Part shown: positions 37,739 to 48,036 of the stretch, piece after piece | Position numbering within the stretch: the stretch's first letter is position 1 | How the letters are laid out: each line of letters opens with the position of its first letter | Source of the DNA: a virus | Taxonomy: Duplodnaviria; Caudoviricetes | IMG/VR virus record: IMGVR_UViG_3300028591_000094 | Location: 64,001-128,000 of that record | Strand: one strand, 5' to 3' | Length of the DNA stretch: 64,000 nt | Position numbers and translations under genes: made by a program | The notes under the pieces: model-generated | Database searches by the model: none | Seen by the model: only the letters and a program-made list of their open reading frames with translations | What the model was told of the DNA's origin: nothing

Positions 37739-38566
37739 ATGATAAAGAAAGTTTTACATCTGGCGGATTTGCATATCCCCAACAATTGCGACAATCGTCC
37801 TTATGAAGAAATGCTAAAGTCATTTCTCACAGAATTACATCACAATGAAATTGAAGGGTTTGACCCCGAAACCGTACGCATCGTCATTGTCGGCGATATC
37901 TTTGAAAACAAGATACGCACATCAAACGAGGCTCGCGGAATGTTCCACAAGTTTTTGAACATCTGCAACCTTTTATGTCCAACCTATCTAGTAGCGGGTA
38001 ACCATGACATGTTGGACAACAACCACGACAGAGTTGATTCTATCGCCCCGACATTTGACATTGAGGGGGTTGGATACGACAATGTGCATTATCTCGACAA
38101 GGAATGCGACTACAAGTCAGGCTACCTGGTTGATGATAACGTTGTATGGAACCTTCTTTCAAGATACAGCGACTTTTCACCCACTAATATTGCTCGAGAC
38201 CAATTCCCCGACAAACGTATCATCGGGCTTTATCACGGGGATATTGTCGGCAGTGTTACTGATACTGGAAGAATGAGTGAAAGCGGTATCGACCCGCAAT
38301 TATTTACCGAATGTGACTGCGTCATGGCTGGTCACATCCACAAATTCCAGGAAATTAAAAGAAACGGCGTACCTTTTGTTTATTCAGGTTCGGTTTTCCA
38401 ACAAAATGCTGGAGAGAACGTAACTGGTCACGGGTATGTTGTCTGGAACCTTGAGGATATGACGTATCGCCATGTCGATGTTGAGAATAAATATCGAACA
38501 TTCAAATTCAAAGTTACATCATACGATGACTTCAATAATGATGTTGAGGAATTAATCAACCTTTGA
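37739..38566 (+). CDS. SbcD/Mre11 (gp47-like) nuclease, nuclease domain only
   Basis: HLADLH, GDIF, GNHD, YHG, GHIH..Q, YSGS..Q...GE. Confidence 0.9.
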   Translation: MIKKVLHLADLHIPNNCDNRPYEEMLKSFLTELHHNEIEGFDPETVRIVIVGDIFENKIRTSNEARGMFHKFLNICNLLCPTYLVAGNHDMLDNNHDRVDSIAPTFDIEGVGYDNVHYLDKECDYKSGYLVDDNVVWNLLSRYSDFSPTNIARDQFPDKRIIGLYHGDIVGSVTDTGRMSESGIDPQLFTECDCVMAGHIHKFQEIKRNGVPFVYSGSVFQQNAGENVTGHGYVVWNLEDMTYRHVDVENKYRTFKFKVTSYDDFNNDVEELINL

Positions 38567-39490
38567 AGCAGTACCGCGCTGCAATATTGTGATATCCATA
38601 AACTGCAGCGAATTGGTCTTATTAGTAAGCCTTAAAGTGCAATATCTGTCCGTAAACGGGTTGGTGGACTTAGCCTTAAGTTTTATCAACCCTGTTTTAT
38701 TGTCAACGGTTAACCATTGAGCCATCAATGAAGGCACCAATTCCCTGTTATCAATCAGTGTATATTTGGTTACAGAATCAATCCTGACATATGTAGTTGA
38801 CAGTATTTTAATAAACGCCCATTCGTTTTTGTCAACCTCAACCACCATCTTGTCGCCAATGGTGTAAGATTTGCCGTCGTATTTAAGCCATAGATGACCT
38901 ATTTTATCATTTTTGGTGACCTGGATTACCGTGATTGTCTTTTCCAGTTTGGATTCATCGTATGGTATGCTGCGGGCTTTACAATAACTAATAAAAGCGT
39001 CAGCATCCGAATGACGGATAGTGAACGTACCACTGACGTTTTGTGGGATGTGAAACAAAAAGTCATTGTATGAGTCGCTGTTGTCCCACACCATTTCGAA
39101 ATATTGCGCAATGTCTTTACACAATGGTTGTTGGGTAGGTCCACCGTAAACCGTAATATATGTGTCAAATGACGGTTTGTTCTTATATTCGTCTTCGTAT
39201 ATAACAACGTTGGCACCACACTCGACACTCAGGTCTCTATAACCTGTCTGTTTAATCTCCAATTCTATTGTATTTCCGAATTTATCAAATATTTTGACAA
39301 CACAGTCCCTGTCGCGGAAATCATATGTCTTGTCAACTGTAACATCAAGTGTGGTCATCCCCCTTTCCGTTTTCACCCAGTCGGCATCACATTTATACCC
39401 CCACGGAAGATTAGTGCCACTTATCTTAATCTTCTGTGTGTACTTGCCACCAGCCCAGTTGAATGATATTGTCTTACTCATCGTCATCAA
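38552..39490 (-). CDS. Virion protein with BACON-like Ig domains
   Basis: W....ADWV......L.VTV......R...V......I.IKQ.G pattern at both termini. Confidence 0.6.
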   Translation of the reverse strand: MMTMSKTISFNWAGGKYTQKIKISGTNLPWGYKCDADWVKTERGMTTLDVTVDKTYDFRDRDCVVKIFDKFGNTIELEIKQTGYRDLSVECGANVVIYEDEYKNKPSFDTYITVYGGPTQQPLCKDIAQYFEMVWDNSDSYNDFLFHIPQNVSGTFTIRHSDADAFISYCKARSIPYDESKLEKTITVIQVTKNDKIGHLWLKYDGKSYTIGDKMVVEVDKNEWAFIKILSTTYVRIDSVTKYTLIDNRELVPSLMAQWLTVDNKTGLIKLKAKSTNPFTDRYCTLRLTNKTNSLQFMDITILQRGTASKVD

Positions 39491-40169
39491 AACTTATGCC
39501 GTTGTTATGAAAATCATCATATTGCACCTTGATGTCCCAGGTGCTTGTTCTATCGTTTTTGTGAAAAAGCGTTATCACGTAATACATTTGCGGATACATT
39601 GCAATCTGACCGAAATTTCTTACAAGCAAACGGTTCTTGTTAATCTTTTTCAGATATAACCCATTGTCATACGGCACCTCGCGATATTCCGTGTCGGTCG
39701 CTCGCTTAACAAACTCTTTCACTATCTTGATGCCGAAATCCTCCAAACCGCCCTCTGTTGTAACTGTTACCGTCACTGCAGTGGAATCTGCGTCGTCCTG
39801 GTCTAAAAGATTGTCGAATGTAATTTCTGTTCGGTCGGCTGATATTGGATAAACTCGCGCTTCCTGTTCGATATCCAATGTAAATTGAGCTGTATTATCT
39901 ACATTGTGAGTGAAAACCAGGCGGGCGTTCCTTGAATCGTGTCCGCAGTTTTCCTTCATTGTCAGTTTTATGTGGTTTCGGTTACGCTGGAGGTCAATCC
40001 ACTTGCTCTGGTATACATTTGAGACTGTGAAATGGTTTAACAGTTCGCTGTTGTCACACAGAACAACAATATCATATACACCCTTTTCATAGCCGCATTG
40101 GAAAAAGTGCTCTGGTGTGAAGGTGTCTATGTATGTTTCGTTCTGGAATCGTATACCTATTGTAGCCAT
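39474..40169 (-). CDS. Virion protein with BACON-like domain
   Basis: KWIDL....IKLTMKEN....R.ARL.F....L.IEQ. Confidence 0.55.
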   Translation of the reverse strand: MATIGIRFQNETYIDTFTPEHFFQCGYEKGVYDIVVLCDNSELLNHFTVSNVYQSKWIDLQRNRNHIKLTMKENCGHDSRNARLVFTHNVDNTAQFTLDIEQEARVYPISADRTEITFDNLLDQDDADSTAVTVTVTTEGGLEDFGIKIVKEFVKRATDTEYREVPYDNGLYLKKINKNRLLVRNFGQIAMYPQMYYVITLFHKNDRTSTWDIKVQYDDFHNNGISFDDDE

Positions 40170-40182
40170 GGCTTAAAATGTG

Positions 40183-40851
40183 TTAGGGCTGGATTAGGTC
40201 GTTGTCATGGTCAAGGTCAGCAGCCGCTGGGGTGTCACCACTAATCGGGTCGACTGTCGGGGTGTTATCATCACCGTGATATGTTGGTGTTGGGGTGTCC
40301 TGATTAGAATACTGCCACACTGGGCGTAAAGTTACTGTTATTTCATTTTCACCGTCAGCCCAAAATGTGTCATTCACGTTTACAGTTGGATACACCGTAT
40401 CATCTGAACGATACCAGCCCAAGAAGGTGATACCTTCAGATGGAACAATTTGTGGATAGTGAGCCTCAGTAATGTTTGCTCCTTGTTGCAAGTAAAGGGT
40501 TGCTTCAACTGACGATGGTGTTTGTCCGTTGAGAAATACAACCTTAGCCAGTGGAGTTATTTCAGGACTAGCTTGATAGTAAATCCGATACGCAGCCGCT
40601 TCAGGTATACGTTCTGGGGTTACACCAGTTAATGTGCGTCTTTTGTATCCATCTATTATATTCCCTTCATTATCATGTGTGTGGTATAACGCATCATTAT
40701 CAGAAAATTCCAACGGGACTTCTAATTGATACGCCTCTTGCCAGTCATACCTCTGTTGAATGCAACTATCTCCAAGCAACATGGTGCTTGTACTTTTTAA
40801 TATTATTCGAAATTCGGTGCTACCCGTTAAATTATCCAACGCTCGTCTCAT
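40183..40851 (-). CDS. Virion protein with InlB-B/Listeria-Bacteroides-like repeat
   Basis: P.EG.TFLGWY...TL.PVW. Confidence 0.55.
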   Translation of the reverse strand: MRRALDNLTGSTEFRIILKSTSTMLLGDSCIQQRYDWQEAYQLEVPLEFSDNDALYHTHDNEGNIIDGYKRRTLTGVTPERIPEAAAYRIYYQASPEITPLAKVVFLNGQTPSSVEATLYLQQGANITEAHYPQIVPSEGITFLGWYRSDDTVYPTVNVNDTFWADGENEITVTLRPVWQYSNQDTPTPTYHGDDNTPTVDPISGDTPAAADLDHDNDLIQP

Positions 40852-40872
40852 ATTTATTCTATTTTTTTTTAG

Positions 40873-41628
40873 TTATTCAACAATTTCAAGTATAATATTT
40901 TCAACCTCAGGACTGTAGTCAACATCCAGTGTCCATAATGGTGTGTTTTCTTCCACTGTTAATTCTGTAATATTTTCGTCCCCGTCCACAATCACGGAGT
41001 ATGTCGGGTCGGGTACTATCGGTGTGAAGAAAGCTGTCAAACTCATGTTACCCGTCACAATAATTTCATGTTCCTGAGCCCCAAAATCACTCCAATAGGC
41101 AAACTTATATCCTTCATTCGGAATGGCGTTCACTATGACGGTTGTGCCATATTCGACGGTTGCTGTTGCTTCATCACCATCTATTTGGGTTACACCGCTC
41201 TCAACGGGACTGACAACGGTAGCGACGGTGTATTCCTTGGGTTCCCATACAGCTGTCAGTGTAATATTCTCAGTTGGTGTGTAAGGAAACTCCACCAACT
41301 CATACTCTTCACTCTCTTCCTCCAACGGCAACGCCCAGCCAATGAAATCATATCCGTCCTGAATGGTTATCGGCGCGGACTCTACATATGTACCCCTTGC
41401 CACTAATCTGTCGCCTACGTCAGTACCGCCGTTACTATCAAAACTCACGACTATATAAGTGCTGGCACCACCGTCACAGGCGCATAAATTGTCCCTGATA
41501 TATTCAGCATAATTTTCAAAACACTCACCATCACATATCAAAGTAGCCCCGTACGCCTCATTGATTGCTGTCGCTATATCTTTTTTTATATCACTAATTT
41601 GATTTATTAAATCAATTACTGTTGCCAT
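40873..41628 (-). CDS. Virion protein with InlB-B/Listeria-Bacteroides repeats
   Basis: VSFDSNGG..P...GYDFIGW..NITLTAVW; A.PNEGYKF..WSD..LTA.F. Confidence 0.75.
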   Translation of the reverse strand: MATVIDLINQISDIKKDIATAINEAYGATLICDGECFENYAEYIRDNLCACDGGASTYIVVSFDSNGGTDVGDRLVARGTYVESAPITIQDGYDFIGWALPLEEESEEYELVEFPYTPTENITLTAVWEPKEYTVATVVSPVESGVTQIDGDEATATVEYGTTVIVNAIPNEGYKFAYWSDFGAQEHEIIVTGNMSLTAFFTPIVPDPTYSVIVDGDENITELTVEENTPLWTLDVDYSPEVENIILEIVE

Positions 41629-41631
41629 AGT

Positions 41632-42414
41632 TTATGTATTTACGTTTTCGCTATTATTATTGCAATCTAATATCCCATGTAGTCCTGATTCAACCTCCTC
41701 ACAGTTAAAATCAGAAACGAATTGGAAGGGTTGCGGTTGACACTCAAGAACACTCTCTAATGCAAGGTATATCAAATATTCATCGCACACTTCACAGCCA
41801 CCATACGTCCTACATTTGGTCTTCACAGCACTAGTTAAAGTGCGGTCATATTGAAAAAAATCTCCCCTTATTACATCGGCGTTTGAACTACATGTATTTG
41901 CTTGGTATTTATTCTTACAATAATACACTTCATTATAATATATAACAATTTCACCTTGTTTATAGCTGGTTCTATAATCCAACGGTGTTATAATATCACA
42001 TATGTCACAACACGTTGTCATTTTACGAAAATGCTCTCTATCGTCCTGTGGTCTTTGTGATTGAGCCATATAATTTTCAAGGCATTCCCAAAAAGTCACA
42101 ATATACTCTATATCAACTCTTTCGGCGTAAACAACAGTATCCCCCCTGAAGTAGTCTAAACCCTGATGATAAAATTTGATTTTATGACAATCGTCTTGGC
42201 ACTTACAAGTAATAACAGGATAAACGGATAGTCCACATTCCTCAATCACCATCGTTCTCGGATTGTCGGTATTACCATCAAGCCATTTGTCAAAAACATA
42301 TTGGTCTTGAAATTCTCTACTAAGTGTAAAGTGCACAACGACAGTATCCCCAACACCAAAAGTGCCTGTCAAAGACTCTATTGTAACAATACCGTATGTT
42401 GTTCTAAATTCCAT
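41632..42414 (-). CDS. Cys-rich virion protein with CBM5/12-like motifs
   Basis: FDKWLDGNTDNPR; YFRGDTVVY; YKQGEIVIYYNEVYYC. Confidence 0.55.
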   Translation of the reverse strand: MEFRTTYGIVTIESLTGTFGVGDTVVVHFTLSREFQDQYVFDKWLDGNTDNPRTMVIEECGLSVYPVITCKCQDDCHKIKFYHQGLDYFRGDTVVYAERVDIEYIVTFWECLENYMAQSQRPQDDREHFRKMTTCCDICDIITPLDYRTSYKQGEIVIYYNEVYYCKNKYQANTCSSNADVIRGDFFQYDRTLTSAVKTKCRTYGGCEVCDEYLIYLALESVLECQPQPFQFVSDFNCEEVESGLHGILDCNNNSENVNT

Positions 42415-42422
42415 GATTCTAA

Positions 42423-45299
42423 TTATTTCTGTTCAAAATCCTTTAATATAAATATTGTCGTGCTCGGTATCACCTGGGTAAGGTACTGCAGGATTATGCC
42501 ATAGAAATATGTGTTGAACATCGCCTGTGTCGATACACACATTTTCATCTTATTGCGAAGAATCAACACCTTGCTCGGAAGGTAATATTTCTCACTCTCT
42601 GGTTCCTCATCTTCACTAATTCTATTTACAATTTTTTCATCGTAGGTTTCCGTTACATCGAATCTGAATCCGCTCACGGTATAACAATCGTCAAGGTTGG
42701 AATAACCGTAGTGCTCGGCGGCATATTTGAACGGCTCGTTGATATATTCGTAATACTGGTTGCCTAAATCATACGCCATATATCCAACGTGTGGGTTGTT
42801 TCCAAGATTGTTTAATACAATACTATCCATGTATTGGCACAGAAGGTAGTCATCATAAGTGCATCCGATTGTCAACTCACTGCTGTTGCATAAATCATTG
42901 TAGTCTGAAACACTTACACCCCCCAGTTTCAACGGAACGTTCTTCCAGCTGGCGAATAGTTGGGGGTTGTTGGTGTTTATGAGCTTGAAGAAGTGCGATG
43001 TTGTAGTCGGTACAGTCTCAATAAACTCGGTCAGGTCTGACAAATCCATGACATAATATATTGTCTTTTCCCCAACGGTGTAGGCGTTGATTGCTGTGAG
43101 TGCTGTCACGTTCTGGACAACCTCCATGTACGGAATAGTCTCCCTATAATTGTATTTCTCGCCAATAGCGTCACTTACATCGTACTGGCGTATGGAAACC
43201 GATTTACCCCAACCGCCCTTTGTTTCAAACTGGACGTCACCGTCATATATTTTATCCTGTGTGAAAAACGGTACAATGTAATAGTCGTTGTCTATATAAA
43301 GCGTCTTGAGGGGCAGACCAGAAAATTCATCGTCATCATAGTTTATCACTATGTTCTTAGAAGCGTTGTAGTTCTGGCAAAATTCACCATAAGTGAGATA
43401 GGTAATCAAGTCATATGTGTTCACACCTATCTTAATGAACGGCGTACTGTTTTCATCAAAAGTATAGTTTTCGTGCGCCAGATATTCCTCGATGGTGTCA
43501 TATTCATCCGACAAATCAACATAGCCATCGTCTGGGCTTGGGTTATAGTTCGGTGCATAATGGTAATAAATGTCGTCGCGGCGTTTCGGAACAACTGAAT
43601 AATATCTTTCTTCAATCTCAAACTCATCAACACCAAAACCAAACAGCGCAAGCACTTGTTCAACCGCCTGTTTGGTACCCTTTGTTCTAAAAATATCACC
43701 TGAATTTAAGACAAGCTTTCTCATGAAGTTGTTGTCCACACTATTCTGAGTCACCTGCTCGGGGTTAGTCGTATCAAACCACGTCTGATGTTCGGGAAGT
43801 GGTGTTTCTTCGGTGACACCGTCTATAATCCACCTGTTATCCAGTTTAGATAGGTTGTCCACAAACGCAGTTGATAGCGCTATGTTGTCATCGTTGTTCA
43901 GTTTAGTTGAGCAAACCTCCCAGCCGCGCAGTTCCGCTTTGTCGGATAATTCAGCACTCCCAATATTGTTAATACCACCATATGTAATGACATTCTTCAA
44001 GGAAATTGCGTCTATGTAGCGCTTTACATCGTCGAAACTTCTACCCCATATACGCAAAACGTGTTGCATTCTGGTGCCGCCAAGAATATTTTCCTGTTCG
44101 TCCCCCTCCACATATTCTCTTGTGTATGTCCAGTCAAACGTTTTAACGGCCTCGTGAGTCATGTTTCGCCAGATATTGTCACACCATAGTGAATCCTGCA
44201 GACTACCAAGATTGTATAAATCGTTAACATAGTTTTCAAATCCAACAGTGTCGATTAATACACAATAACCGTCACTCGGCCATACATAAGCTCGTTCGGC
44301 ATAGTAGTAGCCTGGACTGTTGTTTGGCATTTGGATGGGGGTTACTAGTCTGGCATTGTATTGAGGCATGGTTCTTCTGTTTAACAAAACTACCTCAAAA
44401 CCATCCAAACTGTTGAAGTAGTTTTCTATCAGTTCATTGTTGGGTTGTAACGTTAGCCCTTCAATGTCGGTACACCACAGCACACCTTCTTCCATCTTGA
44501 GTCCGTAGATGTGCCCAGTAACCGTTGTTGGTTCTAGTGGAGGCGTATCACCCACAGTGATACAGGTATCAGCCTCATAAGTAAACGTAATGTCATAAAT
44601 TACAGTATATGATGGGTCGCATTCGTCGTAAGGTTTAATCCACACATCCCAGCTGGTTATTGGATTGCCTTTGATGAGATAACTACCCCATGACATTGGC
44701 AGGTTTCGCAACTGGTTGTCGTATTCGCCAAAAGTAACATTCTGTCTGTAAAAATCCAGGCTGAATGGATTTCGCATTGCAAATATACTGACGTTGTCAG
44801 GCACCTGGGTATATGTTGCAGCGTAACTGTGGTGACCGTCGGTGATAATTCTGTCGAGGTACATGTATGCACCCTCGTTTTCGATATAACGTGAAACTCC
44901 AGACGTTGTCGCCCACGCTCTCCCTGGAAACCATTTGATTATATTTTCAATGGAGGCTCTGATTAATTCCAGCGCCGACCCGTAGTAAGCGTAGTCCCTC
45001 ACATCATTGCTTGGGCTCAGATTTGAAATATTGTTAACTTCATCGTTCACCGTCGGGGATAAATCCTCGATAGTATAAGCGTCGCTCCACGGCGGAGTGT
45101 TATTACGTTTTTTGGTTCCTGGTAGGTTGTTGTCCGTAAACAGGAAATTCGAGTCGGCGTATATCTTGCGCTTACCCGACTCGATTACATGTCGCTCACC
45201 CAGCGTACCCCAATCCCTCTCGAAAATAACTCCTTCGTTAGTGTCCTGGTGTAGCTTACGGTGAAGATAGTTGCTATATGTTTTACTGTATTTTCCCAT
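42423..45299 (-). CDS. Large structural protein (baseplate-associated)
   Basis: 958 aa; AYYGSA; IFRTKGTKQAVE.VL.LFG is a baseplate-wedge-type motif. Confidence 0.6.
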   Translation of the reverse strand: MGKYSKTYSNYLHRKLHQDTNEGVIFERDWGTLGERHVIESGKRKIYADSNFLFTDNNLPGTKKRNNTPPWSDAYTIEDLSPTVNDEVNNISNLSPSNDVRDYAYYGSALELIRASIENIIKWFPGRAWATTSGVSRYIENEGAYMYLDRIITDGHHSYAATYTQVPDNVSIFAMRNPFSLDFYRQNVTFGEYDNQLRNLPMSWGSYLIKGNPITSWDVWIKPYDECDPSYTVIYDITFTYEADTCITVGDTPPLEPTTVTGHIYGLKMEEGVLWCTDIEGLTLQPNNELIENYFNSLDGFEVVLLNRRTMPQYNARLVTPIQMPNNSPGYYYAERAYVWPSDGYCVLIDTVGFENYVNDLYNLGSLQDSLWCDNIWRNMTHEAVKTFDWTYTREYVEGDEQENILGGTRMQHVLRIWGRSFDDVKRYIDAISLKNVITYGGINNIGSAELSDKAELRGWEVCSTKLNNDDNIALSTAFVDNLSKLDNRWIIDGVTEETPLPEHQTWFDTTNPEQVTQNSVDNNFMRKLVLNSGDIFRTKGTKQAVEQVLALFGFGVDEFEIEERYYSVVPKRRDDIYYHYAPNYNPSPDDGYVDLSDEYDTIEEYLAHENYTFDENSTPFIKIGVNTYDLITYLTYGEFCQNYNASKNIVINYDDDEFSGLPLKTLYIDNDYYIVPFFTQDKIYDGDVQFETKGGWGKSVSIRQYDVSDAIGEKYNYRETIPYMEVVQNVTALTAINAYTVGEKTIYYVMDLSDLTEFIETVPTTTSHFFKLINTNNPQLFASWKNVPLKLGGVSVSDYNDLCNSSELTIGCTYDDYLLCQYMDSIVLNNLGNNPHVGYMAYDLGNQYYEYINEPFKYAAEHYGYSNLDDCYTVSGFRFDVTETYDEKIVNRISEDEEPESEKYYLPSKVLILRNKMKMCVSTQAMFNTYFYGIILQYLTQVIPSTTIFILKDFEQK

Positions 45300-46222
45300 T
45301 ACGAATTTTTAATTTCATCCAAATCAAGACTTCTGTCAATGTTATTCGACTTATCAAGTTTAGCTTCCGCAATATTCTTTCTATGATAGTTGTCCTTCAC
45401 GGTCGAGTATTCCATCTGTTTGTAGATTTCTCCGTCGAAGTTGTATGTGGTAACCCTACCGTTCTCAAGGTTACGTATTTGTTCACCCTCAAGCATGTAA
45501 CTGACTGTTTCAATGTCATGTGCTGTTATCTCCACCTCAACACAAACTGGGTCGAACTTCGTGTTCTTGATTATAATCGTCTGGTTTGGTGTACCTATGT
45601 ACGGTCTTGCGTTACTCTTGAATGACGGGGCGGTTGACGGTGTCAGTGTTATAAACGACAACGAACCGCTTGAATTGTACCTATAACCGTTGGAGTTGGT
45701 GTTGCCAGATGTTAAGTTCTGGGAAACGGGCTCACAGAAGCCGTTGCTGGTTACAATTCTGAAATATTCCTGTCTCATATTTCCGCCAGCGTCAGCATTA
45801 TAATCCATGTACTCAATACGATAACCAGTTAAATTATCATCACCGAAGAGTGTGCGGTATTCAGGTATGTCGTTCATGTCAACCACAATGCCTCTTATGT
45901 CGGGATATGCAGCCAACGCACCCACATCTTTGATGGTGCAGGTAATTTCTTTCGGCACAATGTAGATTGTATAGATACCCACGTTTCCGAAAATTGTTGC
46001 AGGAAGTTTGAGGGTGTACATACCAGGCAATCTCATATCCCCATCCTCGTGCGGGTCAAGGGTTGCGGGACTAAGAATTGATGACGGGTCGCTTATTGGG
46101 CGAAATCCAGGATAAGCTGAGCTGTAGCTGCTTCTTGTCGGCCTGTAGTAGTAATATATGTCAACATCCGTAGCTGGATTGAAGATTGCTTGTTTGACTG
46201 TTCCGTATGTATTGTTTGCCAT
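45299..46222 (-). CDS. Structural protein
   Basis: 307 aa; TATTTAT at 46243-46249. Confidence 0.6.
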   Translation of the reverse strand: MANNTYGTVKQAIFNPATDVDIYYYYRPTRSSYSSAYPGFRPISDPSSILSPATLDPHEDGDMRLPGMYTLKLPATIFGNVGIYTIYIVPKEITCTIKDVGALAAYPDIRGIVVDMNDIPEYRTLFGDDNLTGYRIEYMDYNADAGGNMRQEYFRIVTSNGFCEPVSQNLTSGNTNSNGYRYNSSGSLSFITLTPSTAPSFKSNARPYIGTPNQTIIIKNTKFDPVCVEVEITAHDIETVSYMLEGEQIRNLENGRVTTYNFDGEIYKQMEYSTVKDNYHRKNIAEAKLDKSNNIDRSLDLDEIKNS

Positions 46223-46283
46223 GTAATTATAATTCTTTTATAATAAATATAACAAACCGAAAAATCAAAAGCAATTTTCACTA

Positions 46284-48035
46284 TTATGATTGGGATTGAA
46301 TGTTAAAATATCCGTTATTTGAATAATTCTCCAAATCCGAAAATGTTTTCACTTCACCGAGTTTCATATGTCTTTCCCAGGCAGCGGCATTACCCCTGCC
46401 AACAAAAATATCAGCCTTGACGAAAGGAGGATAACTGATGCCTGTCAAATAATCCACCTTTGTTATTGGCGCCACCAACGCATCACTGGTATTTATTCCT
46501 GTTGTGTTGTATGCACTAATATTTGCTTGATAATTGGCAGGTAAGCCGTTAACTAGCGCTGTTGTTGTCACCATTGTTGAAGATGTGTCAAAAGCACCTT
46601 TCATAAACAAGTGGTCTGCATCAGGAGTGTGGCGATTGATGAAATCCTCGAAATAACCGTCGGAAATCAACTGTGCAATATCACCGTCCTCTGGATAATA
46701 GAAAGTTTCGGTGTATTCGATACCATGAAAATCCTCATCATTGTATCGGTACTCATCGTAGCAATATCTGGTGTTGTTGTCGTCGTCGGTTGTTATCTGT
46801 ACGAGTTTTGCCTTCAAATTGGCACCGATTATATAATGAAAAGTAACAGTGTGTTCGTTTTCATCATATTCTATATTGTTTATGATATCACCATAAGCCA
46901 TTAAATGGGTCTCATACTCACCTAAAGCCTGACTGCGCTGATAACCCTCCTGCATGACAATATTCCCTAGTGCATCGGTTGTTGTCTCATAATGACCCAG
47001 GTTTCCTATTTTGTAATACCATAACCAATCCTCACCAGTTGGAGGAATTTCGATATCGCCAGCCGTATTGAGATATGTCGCTTGCTTTCTGAATCCAGTC
47101 AACTTGCTGTCTGATGTTCCTTCAATCTCAAATGTTTCATCAACATCTTCAAAAGTTTCTGTTAATAATTCAAAATGGTCGTCATCAAACTCGTATTCCT
47201 CATATACTACGTTCCATTTACCAATGGTACCAACATCAACCAACTCCCCGTCCTGATATTCATATACACCCGTACAAACGTAGGTTCTGTTATTGTATGT
47301 AACCATGTCGCCATGGAAATATCTGTATTCAGGCTCCCAGAAATTAACGTAAGTTGACAGATATCCTAAGTCGTTTTCAGTTGAAACTACGCAGAAGTTC
47401 ATGCCAATCGATAAAGCGTCAGGTTCGGCGAGTGTCAGCAAATAAGCCGACCGTTCCGCGGCCTCGGCGCACTTGCTCTGGTAATAGTCGCGCATGGTGT
47501 CGCCACCCATTCTCTCGTACTTGGTTACCAGACATTCCAACTCACAGTTGATGTCACCCGTAGCCTCCTTAAACTCCAAGTATTGGGCTACCATAATACT
47601 AATTTGCTGGTATTCATTATATAATCGAGCCACTTCCGCTAGATAATTGTATTGAGGCACCAAATCACAGGTTTCCCAATCAATATCCGCATCAATATAA
47701 AACTTTCCAATACAATATTCCATAAACGGAATGAAGGTGTCGTCATTGGCAGTGTGCCCGTCATACCTCTTGTAATACTCCATCATGGTTCTGTATGTAC
47801 AAACATCGCTACCTTCCAACGGAGTTGACAATAATCCTGTATCATCATACACAACCAGATTGACATCCTCAGGCAAACGTATTGCCGACACAATGTGACC
47901 ATAACATCCAACGCTCGAATCCGCCGCGCTGTGTACGTGGCAAATATCATTATCGTCAAACTCCAGGTAAGGAAACAGTCCTGGTGTCCTAGATTTCAGT
48001 TCTTCTTGTCCTATGTTAACCTTGATTGTATTCAT
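46284..48035 (-). CDS. Structural protein with CBM5/12-like motif
   Basis: WEPEYRYFHGDMVTYNNRTYVC. Confidence 0.6.
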   Translation of the reverse strand: MNTIKVNIGQEELKSRTPGLFPYLEFDDNDICHVHSAADSSVGCYGHIVSAIRLPEDVNLVVYDDTGLLSTPLEGSDVCTYRTMMEYYKRYDGHTANDDTFIPFMEYCIGKFYIDADIDWETCDLVPQYNYLAEVARLYNEYQQISIMVAQYLEFKEATGDINCELECLVTKYERMGGDTMRDYYQSKCAEAAERSAYLLTLAEPDALSIGMNFCVVSTENDLGYLSTYVNFWEPEYRYFHGDMVTYNNRTYVCTGVYEYQDGELVDVGTIGKWNVVYEEYEFDDDHFELLTETFEDVDETFEIEGTSDSKLTGFRKQATYLNTAGDIEIPPTGEDWLWYYKIGNLGHYETTTDALGNIVMQEGYQRSQALGEYETHLMAYGDIINNIEYDENEHTVTFHYIIGANLKAKLVQITTDDDNNTRYCYDEYRYNDEDFHGIEYTETFYYPEDGDIAQLISDGYFEDFINRHTPDADHLFMKGAFDTSSTMVTTTALVNGLPANYQANISAYNTTGINTSDALVAPITKVDYLTGISYPPFVKADIFVGRGNAAAWERHMKLGEVKTFSDLENYSNNGYFNIQSQS

Positions 48036-48036
48036 C

